Shown one piece after another: positions 15,484 through 27,518 of a stretch of 64,000 bases of DNA. Below the pieces are notes generated by a model. The model was not told the origin of the DNA, made no database searches, and saw only the letters and a list, made by a program, of their open reading frames with translations. The stretch's first letter is position 1. Each line of letters begins with the position of its first letter. Made by a program: the position numbers and the translations under genes. The DNA comes from Eledone cirrhosa (Eukaryota). The stretch lies in the NCBI GenBank assembly GCA_964016885.1, contig OZ024740.1, positions 151,466,001-151,530,000 on the forward strand, read 5' to 3'.

Positions 15484-15514
<31 letters not shown>

Positions 15515-15559
15515 GTATATATATATGTATATATATATATATATGTATATATATATGTG

Positions 15560-15590
<31 letters not shown>

Positions 15591-15710
15591 GTATATATAT
15601 ATGTATATATATATATATGTATATATATATGTGTATATATATATATATGTATATATATATATGTATATATATATATGTATATATATATATGTATATATAT
15701 ATGTATATAT

Positions 15711-15750
<40 letters not shown>

Positions 15751-16189
15751 GTATATATATGTATATATATATGTATATATGTATATATATGTCTATATAT
15801 GTATATGTATATATATGTATATGTATGTATATGTATATGTATGTATATGTATATATATATATGTATATGTATGTATATGTATATATATATATGTATATGT
15901 ATGTATATGTATATGTATGTATATGTATATATATATATGTATATGTATGTATATGTATATATATATATGTATATGTATGTATATGTATATGTATGTATAT
16001 GTATATATATATATGTATATGTATGTATATGTATATGTATGTATATGTATATATATATATGTATATGTATGTATATGTATATATATATATGTATGTATAT
16101 GTATATATATATATGTATATGTATGTATATGTATATATATATATATATATGTATATATATGTATATGTATATGTATATGTATATATATG

Positions 16190-16222
<33 letters not shown>

Positions 16223-16441
16223 GTATATGTATATGTATATATATGTATATATATATATATATATGTGTATATATATATATATATGTGTATATATATATAT
16301 ATATATGTGTATATATATATATATATATATGTGTGTGTATATATGTATATATGTATATATATATATGTATATATGTATATATATATATGTATATATATAT
16401 ATATGTGTGTATATATGTACATGTATATATATATATACGTG

Positions 16442-16472
<31 letters not shown>

Positions 16473-16509
16473 ATATATATATATATGTGTGTATATATAT
16501 ATATATATA

Positions 16510-16578
<69 letters not shown>

Positions 16579-17190
16579 GTCAGGTCACCAGTTGGTGCTA
16601 CTGGTAACATGTATCCCAGTACAACCTGTCCCATGGTCGGGTCGTTGGCGACTAAACTGGCAACCCCACCAAGGTTTCTTGGTGAGGAGGGTGACTTTGG
16701 ACATCCTGCAGGACTAAAAACAAAACCTGTCAAAGGGCAAAGGAGCTCTTAAGAGTCAATGGCCATCCAAAATCACCGGGAGAGATGACCCCTTAGCCTT
16801 TGTCAAGGCAGAATTCTAGCAGAAGGAAAACTCTGATATAACACCTGCAACCCTGATGGTATCCAATGATGTTGACTTGTTCTTCTTTTTGGTAAATATC
16901 ATCTTGGTTAAGAGAGTGGGACTGGCTTTGTGCAGTGCCTTTGCTCACTATAAAAGCTTCACGGCACAGGCATTGCTTTATATCTGGAGATCTCTCTGCA
17001 CTTGTCGTCACATGGTACCATGGGCCCAGCACTATGTGTCAGTAATTGTCACAAGTGTAGTGTTTGTACCAGAGTTTTCAAGTCGCTGGCTGGACTAAAA
17101 AGTCACACTCGTTCAGCGCATCGGTAGGGGTTCTCCTACATGGATATAAAGTAGTGGCCGTACTCGAAAACGAGTTGGCAGCCACCACCA
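16579..17190 (+). mobile_element. Bipartite non-autonomous RTE, copy 2
   Basis: Direct repeat of 8362-8970 with scattered substitutions. C2H2 finger at 17047-17127 ([22 protein letters not shown]). Ends CCACCACCA. Confidence 0.8.
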
Positions 17191-17203
17191 TATATATATA
17201 TAC

Positions 17204-17233
<30 letters not shown>

Positions 17234-17237
<4 letters not shown>

Positions 17238-17418
17238 GAACCAGTAAGACCCCGACAGCTGAGCTCAAGCCGTTTCGACGGCTAAATTTAGCCGTCGAAA
17301 CGGCTTGAGCTCAGCTGTCGGGGTCTTACTGGTTCCTATTACCCACTCTACTCCCTCAAGTATTGAGTACTTTGGTGCGTTATGGTCCACCTGGTTCCTT
17401 ACCACATTTCCTTCGTTA
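17234..17418 (+). mobile_element. Fold-back remnant, probably PLE pLTR, with 106-bp perfect palindrome (17234-17339)
   Basis: Spacerless palindrome centred at 17286/17287 (GCTAAA|TTTAGC). The central hairpin is followed by GAAAC. Flanked by TA tracts. Confidence 0.6.
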
Positions 17419-17523
17419 TATATATATATATATATATATATAGGTGTATATATATATGTATATGTATATATATATATGTATATATATAATTGTGTATATA
17501 TATATGTATATATATATATATGT

Positions 17524-17557
<34 letters not shown>

Positions 17558-19659
17558 ATATGTATATGTATATATATATATATGTATATATATATATGTA
17601 TATATATATATGGATATGTATATATGTATATATATATATGTATATATATATATACATATATATATGTATATATATATATGTATATATATATATACATATA
17701 TATATGTATATATATATATATCTTGTCCACCCGGGAAATGGTAGTGAAGAGTGCGGTGGCTGGTTCTCTGGGCCTCGACATATCCGGCATCTTATTCATC
17801 TATTTGCCTATCTTTTCAGTGGGACTTAGAATGCTAGGGCGTGCCCATATCCTATCGAAGCATCAAGTCCCTCACTAAGAATAATCTGCCAGAAGACGCG
17901 GTTTCCGTTGTGTGGCTGAAAACATTTTTGGATACAATAATGAGAATCAACTGAGAACCTATTTACACGTCCATTCCTAAAGATGCTGCTACTCGACATC
18001 AATGTATTCTCTCTACATTTATCTATTCGGTCGGACATTTTGCTGTTTCCTTGGAATAATTTATTGAAAAAAGATTCCTTACACTCTTTACTCTATTCAT
18101 ATAATTGATGTTGTTCTTGTTCCTCAGATTGGCCCTGATCCAATAGTCCTAACGTCAATGCCATACTAATTGCAACCATACTCAAAGAGTACATTTTCTA
18201 ATGTTACTACTTTTTAAAGACAGATTTGTCTCCTATGTCTAGCTGGTCAATTTTACCACAGACACTCTATTGATGGTTAAGATTTTGATTGTAGCTACAG
18301 CAGCCTCAGCTAAGTCTGAGTCGCCGCAAAATATGATAGGTGTTGTTTCTTTGCACTTAATTCACTCGTTGATTAGGCTGGTTCTATATAAATCAGAATT
18401 GAAAGGTGTACTTATGGAGAGGGAGATGGGTTTCATTCTACCTCTTTTTTTAATTACTGTTTCGCTTCTAGCAATCTTTGAACACACACGCATATACACA
18501 CTCATACATCGTAAGTGGGAAGCTACAGTTGTATGTTCAGCATGTGACCACAGCTTTAGTACAACTGGGAGGGACTGAAGACTAAAAAGTATTTCTAGAA
18601 TTCACGTGTGTGTATGTGTGGCAGATATAAAAAGCATTAGCCTGAAAGATTGTCTAGTAATATTTTGCGTACGGAGTCTGTTTAAGGGAAACAAACATAC
18701 CCCCCCCCCCCACACACACACCGTCAGTAAGAGGTAATGAAACCTGTATGAATCTGCGTGAATATATCTGTATGCCTGTGCTATTTGTACATTAAAAGAC
18801 AGTCTGTGTATGTACGTGTTCGCGGTAGATTTAATAATACACCTTATCACAAAAGGTCCTCATTCACCTTACCTCACCTCACTTCACCCTACCACTCATA
18901 CATATCTCACCTGCACCCCCCCCTCTCACTACTTCACTACCTTCTCATCATACTTCTCCGCCTCCTTCAATCCCAGCAAACCTGTCGTTTAAACCACAGC
19001 AGTTCTATGGTTACTTACTATAAAAACGTTCAAATTATTTGGCATACTTTCTCTATTTTTGTTTTGTTGTTCTTGTTGTTGTCATCCAGTCTACAACCAT
19101 CATCATCATTTTACCCGTTTGAAGAGGTTATAAGACTGTTCTCTGTAACAAGCTTGTAATAATAGAAGCGTTGCAGATATGTGTGTGCGATAGTGCGTGT
19201 GCGTGTATGCGTGTTAATTATTTGTACTAAATTCTATCTACATTTATGAGTGTATATGTGATTGTATAAACATTCACACTCACATACATACACACATATA
19301 TGTGTGTGTATGTACAGTGTCTGATTAATGTAGTTATATGTGTAGATATATATTTGTGCATTTCTCTTTCTTTCTCTTTCTTTGTGTATGCTTGTGGAAA
19401 CATTATATATATACATATTTGAAGGTGCTAGGTTTAGTATTTTGGTTGTTCGTCTCATGATCGTAAGCCCAGAGTTCAATTCCCGGTAGCGGGTTATGTC
19501 CTTAATTTTGCGTTGTTCTTTCAGCTGGCAAAACTGATTTGTACCCATAATTCAAAGCGTCTTATTACACAGTATCACGCACAATCTCCCTGTGGTTTAC
19601 ATGAAGCGTACACATGCTTTGGGAATGCTCAAACTCTTACACGTTAACTTCATGAGCGG

Positions 19660-20280
19660 CTTGTTGAGTGCTGCGAAAACTGAGCCACTCGTCCTCTCAA
19701 AGAAGCATGGGCAGAGCACTCTACATGTGAGTGGAGTTCCATTGAAGCAGGTGGAGAAGTTCAAATATCTCGGGGTGGTGTTCACTAGTTATTAAATGGA
19801 AGAGGCTGAATTAAGTGTAATAATTGTAGGTGCTCGTGCAGTATTGTGCCAGCTTCAGAAGGAGGTACCTATGGTCATGCAACTTGGGTAATGAGAGAAA
19901 GTATACAATCACAAATGCAAGCAGCCGAAATGGGGTTCTTCTGTTGGAGTAACTTTATTTTAGAGTTCCGAGATCAGAGAGTCAACCTGGGTACAGTCGC
20001 ACTACTCGGAATTGGGGGATCACACATCCGATATTATGGACATGTTGTTAGAATGTGTCAGAAAGTATCGCAGGACAAATTTTACGGGAAAATCAACCGG
20101 AAGGGAACCCAGAGGTAGACCCCGAGCAAGAGGTCTGGATAACATCCATTAGCTCAGCCGGTCTGACTTGGGATCCAGACGGATCAGTTAGAGACGGCTG
20201 CTTCTGACAGGTCCCACTAGAAAACAAAGTTGAGGTCTCTGCCACCACGACCCTCCCAAGAATAAGTGGGCGAAGAAGTT
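19660..20280 (+). mobile_element. Degraded RTE LINE 3' fragment
   Basis: LKQVEKFKYLGVVFTS, TYGHATWVM...QAAEMGF, GHVVRM and RGRPR-like motifs across frames. Confidence 0.8.
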
Positions 20281-20689
20281 TATTCTGTTGATTGAACAAC
20301 TAAAACACTCGTTGTCGAAACCGACAGTTACATTACAGGCATGTATGAGAATATATTTTTGTATTTCTACTTTTTCAAAACATTTTATGCGTGCGTGTTG
20401 ATGGTTAAGGGTGGGCGTGAATTTTAGTCAATGTACACACTCTTATACGCAGTCACAAAAATAACCGACAGACGGTCGTAAAACTCGAGGTGGCACGCAA
20501 CACTAACGCGCACAAGCACACGCACGTATACACACACACACACACACACACATACACAGACGCGTACGTGGGTGTGGGTGAGAGGAAAATTCCAAATAAA
20601 CTATGGCTCATTCATCTCTTTCGGCTGTGCTCATTTAGATGTTATATTAACTCAACAACTTACTCTGGCTAAGTATTCCAGAGATAAAA

Positions 20690-21070
20690 CTGGACAGAGT
20701 ACTCAAACATTCCTTCCAGAGAGTCCTGTCAGAATTAACTGTCATAAATTAATCCGGCTCGATGGTATTAACCCATTTTGCTCGGGCCCTACACCTGGAT
20801 CTCCTCCCGGTTGATTTTGCTCTTAACATCTGTCCAGGGTTTCATTCGAGAGACATTCTGACCACATGTCAATAGTATCGGAACTGTGATCTCTCAATTC
20901 GGAGAAGTAGCTGCTCTATCTGGAGCGACTCGCTGATCTCCGAGCTACACACTCTACCGAGTAACCTTACTCCAGAGACCCTTTGAGAGAATCCTGCTTG
21001 TATTCGCGACCGTATTCTTTCTGTCATTACTCCAGATTCATAACTAGAGATAAGCGTTGTCACGAATATC
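20690..21070 (-). mobile_element. Degraded RTE LINE 3' fragment (same family as 19660-20280)
   Basis: ORF 20869-21063 reads SYESGVMTERIRSRIQAG...EQLLLRIERSQFRYY. Confidence 0.75.
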
Positions 21071-21079
21071 GATTGAAGT

Positions 21080-21486
21080 TAGCGAGTTCTGCAAGAGTAT
21101 GGGATCGATGGACAGCTTCTTGTTGCCCGGATGTCTCCATTGGAGTGCCGTAGAATTTGTGTTCGGATAAATGGTACTAAATTGAAACCATTCAATGTGG
21201 GTGTTGGACTGTGCCAAGAGTGTATACTGTCACCTCTCCTCTTTGAGGTCTTCAAGAACAGAATTAACATGAGCAGCTAGGTTGAATGTGGTAGTATGAC
21301 TGTCGTGTATAGCCTCAATCGGCTGGAGTTTTCAGACGACATGGTATTACTTAACACGTCAGAAGGCGATCTCCGACATGCACTTCAGAGGTTTGAGGGC
21401 AAGTGTTGCTGGAATGAAAATCAGTGCTGCAAAGATTGAAAGACTCTTCCTCCTAAAGTAGTCTGTGTAGTGCACTCTACATGTGA
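21080..21486 (+). mobile_element. Degraded RTE RT core fragment, inverted relative to 20690-21070
   Basis: VRING...FNVGVGLCQECILSPLLF and LEFSDDMVLL. Ends in GCACTCTACATGTGA, shared with 19716-19730. Confidence 0.75.
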
Positions 21487-22501
21487 ATCCTCATCTTACT
21501 TATATATTTGATCAAAGCTGTTACCGCCCTTGTATTATCATGGTAGTAACCGAGGAACACATTAGTTCCAATATTGATTTATCTCGGTTTACTAAACTAC
21601 ACATACTTCAACAGAGCTGAATATATTTGCCACATGGTGACAAGAATTTTCCAAGAAGTCATATAAATTCCCGACTGACATTTAAATATGCCTTTATAAA
21701 TACATAAACACACTTATTTTCAGATAGCCCAGCATTAAAGAAGGGAGTTTTAAGATTTCTAGTTTTGTATAAACCAGTGTCTACTATTTTCTCAGTGTCT
21801 ACTACTTTCTGCACAATATCGTCATAGTACTTCCTATAATAGGACAGAAACCGTCTGAGATACAGATTCGTCGGAGGCCAGCGAAACTTGTAAATGTGTG
21901 AGCTGTTTCAGTATTCCACTTTGGTTTAACAATATATTATCTCCACATTACCTCTAATGTAGTACATTACCTGCACATTAACTCTACGACACTGTATTAT
22001 ATTTATATTAATTATGTAGCACTGTCTAATCTCTCCATAACCACTTTACATTACTTCTGTAAGGCAGTATGGTCAGTTTACTTTACATAGCGCGATTTTA
22101 TTTTGCAACGTAATTAATTATATAATAAATATTTATGCAGAATATATTTGAGAATTTATGATGTAGATAGAAATTCGATATTATTTTAAAGACAAGCTCC
22201 GCGTGGAAACAATGAAGAATAAACATATTTTATACAATCCGCTCTATACACAGAATACCATAGAAGATTTAAAAAATGTCAGTAAGTAAAATGACGGAGG
22301 TAGTTATCTTCGGATGAAGAGACAAACTTCGAAGCGTCTACAGATTGGCACCCAAATTTATACGTAGGAAATATGAGAATGTATTTACAATACATTACAA
22401 TCACAGTGAAGTCTTTTTTTTAAACTAATAAACTGTAGCTATACGTACATTAGTTTCTGTAATTCTTTAATACACACTGGGTTGTGAATAAATAATTATC
22501 T

Positions 22502-22545
<44 letters not shown>

Positions 22546-22565
22546 AGATAATTATATACATAAGA

Positions 22566-22623
<58 letters not shown>

Positions 22624-22628
<5 letters not shown>

Positions 22629-22785
22629 AGAGCCATGGCTGAGCGGATAAGGTATTCGCAACCATGTGATTTCTGGATCACTCCTACTGCGTGTCACTTT
22701 TACTCTAGCTTTTGTTTTGGCAAAAGCCTAGTGAGTGATAGATAAAAACTGTGTAGGAGACTGTCGTACATGTGTGTGTGTAGAG
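22624..22785 (+). mobile_element. tRNA-derived SINE (octopus OK-like), degenerate
   Basis: GCGCAG..ATGGCTGAGCGGATAAG A-box-like head, CAACCATGTG, CTGCGTG and CAAAAGCCTAGTGAGTG body, ending GTCGTA(TG)n. Recalled similarity to the octopus SINE consensus. Confidence 0.6.
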
Positions 22786-23402
22786 TATCGTGAGATTCAT
22801 AGTAACCATTCATTCAGGTCTTAATTATCTCCACGTGTGGTAAGAAAGTGACTTTTACATAGAACCTCTATACGGCTTTACTGTTTATTTGGAATATTCC
22901 ACTCTACATTCACTTTTACGTATTATCAATCACAATTCTGATGATCTAATTGTCAAAATAAATAATTACATTAGGTTAAAATCCTAATATGCATTTTAAG
23001 TAGTAGGAATATATTTGAAATGCGAACACAACTATATGTATCCTTGTTTCAGTGTACTTATATGTGCGTTGTCAACAAATATATTTCAAATACATATTTC
23101 CTTTAACAACTCCTTTATGATTAAATAAAGCCGACATATCATGAAAATAATCAAATTACGAAGAAGGAAAGATTAAGAAAAAATAATGAAAGAAATCACA
23201 GTAGGAAATTATCTAAAATATTCACGTGAATTTTCTTTAGCTCAATAAGGGAAGCCGTATCTGTGTTGTGTGTGGCCAGATGATTTCTGAGCTTATACAG
23301 ATATCTGTATGTCATATGCAAGTTTAAATCACATGTATTTCTATATATGCATGTGTGTATATATATATATATATATAATATATAAGAATCCTAGAGCAAA
23401 TA

Positions 23403-23472
23403 TTTATTAAAATAACAGATTAAAGCTTAAGCAAAGAATCGCTGCTTTCACCCTTAACGGGATCTTCTGAAA
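23403..23472 (-). repeat. Short PLE-tail-like repeat with hammerhead-like CAGAAGA...GAAA motif
   Basis: The same ~70-bp sequence occurs at 30533-30606 (-), 30721-30773 (-) and 35565-35637 (+). Confidence 0.7.
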
Positions 23473-23745
23473 TATATATATATATTACACTGCAGTACAA
23501 ATGATCGATTAGAGATTCCAATTGTACTGCACAATAGGATAAATTCAACCACTCATAGACGTGAGTCTACATACTCTTTTACCTGTTCCAGCCATCCGGC
23601 TGAGGCCATGCTGGGGCACCGTAACACATATCTGAGGAGCTTCCGATTTCACAGTCATTAATCGATTTCATTAATCGATTATTCCTCGAGCTGATCGACA
23701 GTGAAACATGTAATATATATATGATGCAACACTGATTCTTTGTTC

Positions 23746-23807
<62 letters not shown>

Positions 23808-23829
23808 ATATTGTTATATATATATATAT

Positions 23830-23932
23830 ATATTGTTATATTTGGGGAGCGTCATATTGTTATAATATTGCCAGAAATAATAATAAAACACACTCACTGT
23901 TTAGTTTGGATAGGTTTTCGCTTCTGTAACTT
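23830..23932 (-). mobile_element. PLE terminal remnant
   Basis: Reverse complement matches about 39195-39292, including the TGACC/GCTCCCCAA.TATAACAATAT terminal motif. Lies in a TA tract. Confidence 0.65.
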
Positions 23933-24790
23933 ATATATATATATATAGGCATGCCACCTTAATCATGAGAAAAACCGCTTATGAAATTTGTATGGATGAA
24001 AAACATGCATTTTTAAAATACGCTAAACCGAATGTCTGCTGACAACAGTTTCTTGAAATAGTTTTCCTTTTGATTTTATTGGGCTCCGTTGAACACGAGT
24101 AAGTACAATCGTTGCTGTTACTTTATCTGTTACCCTCCTTGGTCTACGATTACATTCTGGCCTTGGACACTTTCCGCTTCTTTAAACTTTTTTAACAAAC
24201 TTTTGCCTGATCAATAGGCGTCTTTTTGGGATGAAAGCTATTAAACTGCAGAGAAAATGATCAACTTGAGCTTCCCAGTGTACCGCACGAAAGGATAACT
24301 TCTCTGACATGGTGCTAAAATAAAATTAATCATTTTTTTAACATTAATCACTTACAAAAATAACAAATATAAAGATGTTATAGCAAAGAGTTAATTTACA
24401 GGTGCGTGACTTTTGCGCCTCCCTGTATATCCACACAATTTCCGTCAAATAAATTTCACAACCATAATCTATAACAGACGACAGTATAAGTGCCATGCGG
24501 TAGGACTGAAAGCAAAAGTCTTGAAGCAAAGTCCTTAACCACACAGTCATGTCTGCAGCTCTGTCAAATATGGCAACAGAGACAGGACTATGTATAGCAA
24601 TACTTATATTGTATCTGTAAGGCTTCAGATAAAAAAATCTCTCGTTTCTTGTTCCGGCTCATTGCGTACTGAGTTCAAATCCCGCCGAAGTCCTCAAATA
24701 CTTTCGAGGTCGATAAATAATCGAAGTCTAGTATTCTCTCTCTCTCTCGCTCTCCCTTTCAAAGACAGTTTCTGAGTTGGAACACACTCT

Positions 24791-24916
24791 GAAGTATCGT
24801 CGCACTGTTTACGCCCTCACCACAGACATAAATCCAGTACAGCCGATACTATTTTCCAAATCAGCTGTACTGGATTTATGTCTGTGGTGAGGTCGTAAAC
24901 AGTGCGACGATACTTC
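24791..24916. repeat. Near-perfect inverted repeat (about 54-bp arms)
   Basis: GAAGTATCGTCGCACTGTTTACG...GTACAGC paired with GCTGTAC...CGTAAACAGTGCGACGATACTTC, spacer about 18 bp. Confidence 0.9.
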
Positions 24917-25753
24917 TGACACCAAGAAATAATTATAAAATATCAAGTTAACAGTTTTGTTTTCATGTGTTACTTTAAATGGCTAAAATAACTCCTCAAC
25001 CCAGTATTTCCTTTAGTTTTAACGTATAGTCTCAGACCATGTCACTTACCAGACAATTACAAAACCGAAATACATACATTCAAAACATATGCACGCATAT
25101 CTAAGTCTTATATGGAATTTATATATATTTGCAAATGTATAAATATATATACAGACACAAAGAGATATAACTTGCATAGCTATAAAAATTCGCATCATAT
25201 GTAACTATCAGACCATTTACATGAAAATGTCTTCTTTTTTTTCTACTTAAAGACACAAAATCTAATTATTCTTTGTTTTACGGTTAATACCTTTAAACAA
25301 TTCTGTTGACCGCTTTAGTGGAGAAATGCTCCAAAAATACGGTTGAAGAATGAAATGTAAAGGTTCATTCTAGGCTAGACCACAGCTGAGTGTGTTGCAA
25401 CTCAGAAACTGTCATAAGGTTTGAGAGAAAGAGTGAGAGTAACTAGCCAGTTTTTATTGACATCAGGTTTTCATTTCTTTTCAAACCCGCAAGTAACAAA
25501 ATTATATATCCGACGCCGATAAAACCTGGCCAGTTTATATGCGAAACACGCCATAACAGAAACACAAACCTTCCATCTTAATTTTACTTTTGAAAATCAT
25601 AAGAACTGTGAAACCGGTAATGTAAATACATATTCTTAAAAGACTCCAGTTACATTTTCAATTTTTGTCCCTATACCCGTGTGGAACATAAAAAAACCTT
25701 ACTTTCTTATACATGCACACATACACACATACATACATACATACATACATACA

Positions 25754-25786
<33 letters not shown>

Positions 25787-26411
25787 TTGTGTGGGGGTGA
25801 GTGTGGGTGCGTGCGTAAATACATTTAAAAATAAATAGTCTTATTTTAATCCGTTATTTTGACCAAGATTACTTTCATCGCTCATTAACATTCATTTCCA
25901 TAAGTACATTTAGCCATTTTAGCCTAAAACTATTTTTCCATTGGTTTTTCTTTGGTTATAGATCTTTGTTAGCTTCTTTGTAAAACTCACTTTTGACATT
26001 CTAGCATCAACGTATGTTGATCTTTATACTTAAGTGAACCACATGTTATTTTAAATAAAATTAATGTGTGAAGAGACATTCACCCATTTTTACTTAAATA
26101 ATAATGTTTTAGAATATTCTATAGGCATTTATTTTTGTGTAATTTCAAATATCTTAATAGTTATCATAATTCAATCATTTTTTCGTGCTATTCTTTTATC
26201 TCTCTCACACTCTCTTTTTCTTTTCTTATTCCTTCCGCTTGTATAGTCTACATGCTTCCTTTTTCTATTTTTTTCTCCTATTTTTTCTTTCATGTGCTCT
26301 CTTTTTCTTGTGTGATCTTGTTTTTCCTTTCATGTCTTCTCTTCTTTATCAACAGTTCTTTCACTACTTTACATATGTGAAGGTGCATGTTTTAGTGGAT
26401 ACAGTATTCAG

Positions 26412-26463
<52 letters not shown>

Positions 26464-27169
26464 CCAACACTCATATTCGCTTCATATAAAAACTTCACTT
26501 GCCCTTTTTATTTCTTCTTCACTTGAATATCACTCTTAAATCCGACACTGAATTATTTAGCAAAATCCTTACTCCCAAAACTGCAACTTTCTAGAAATCC
26601 CTCCAGATCCACTTGTCCACACCTTTCCTTTAAACAAGAACCATCGGAATTGGGTTGGATTGGGAGAATTCTGCGTTGACAGCTGGAGACACACAACTTC
26701 TACTATTAGAATTTTAAGACATGGTCTATTAAAAAATTACCAGTAATATACTAATATCGATATTGTTCCCCACCCACCGCATTTCATGTGATTTCGGTAT
26801 AATCAGTTATATGTCGAATTACAAATAACAATAATAAAGTCAGAATTATTGAACACAAATTAGTTAATTACCCCTACCCCTGAACCACCAAACTATTTAA
26901 TTACTCATCATACCAATAACATCCTCAGATAAAGCTGCTGCTCTATGATTGAAACAAAGTTGGAATTTAAGATGGTGGCTATAATTTAATGCCATTTTAT
27001 TTCTCATTAGTTTGAATATGAAATATTAATTAACCGGAAATAAAAACCATTTATCCAGAAATCTCTCATCTATTATACGAAGTAACATATTTCTTCACTG
27101 AGTCATATAATGAAATACAGAAATATTTTTCTTTCTTTATGTATTTAATTTGTTTGTTATTGCATTTTT

Positions 27170-27207
27170 CTTTCGTATTTCTTTCATTTTCTTTTCTTTT
27201 CTTTCAG
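27170..27207 (+). promoter_or_regulatory. Strong 3' splice acceptor upstream of the host ORF
   Basis: Long polypyrimidine tract TTTCTTTCATTTTCTTTTCTTTTCTTTCAG ending at 27207. Confidence 0.6.
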
Positions 27208-27518
27208 TGAAATTCGTCTTCAACGCGGAGCCTGGCATGACGTAAAGAAAAAAAGAAATATTTCTCAAACGATGAAATAAAGACTCAGAACGCCTCACCT
27301 GGATTTTAACAACCAGTACGACCTCTACTGCCACTGTTTTTAATATTACTACTGCTCTTAATACTACTACCACGGTGCCATTAATACTTCGACGTGCGTT
27401 TCCCTCTCTTTCTCCCCACTTCCCCACTATCACTCTTCTTTCTTTCTCCCCCTCCTTCTCTCCCTATATCTATTTTACTGCATAACGTTAATTGGCCTTT
27501 GGTCCTACGTCTTTAAAG

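Noticed and set aside
17720-18050. GC-richer segment after the TA array, possible TE or exon fragment
   Set aside because: No recognisable motif in any frame.
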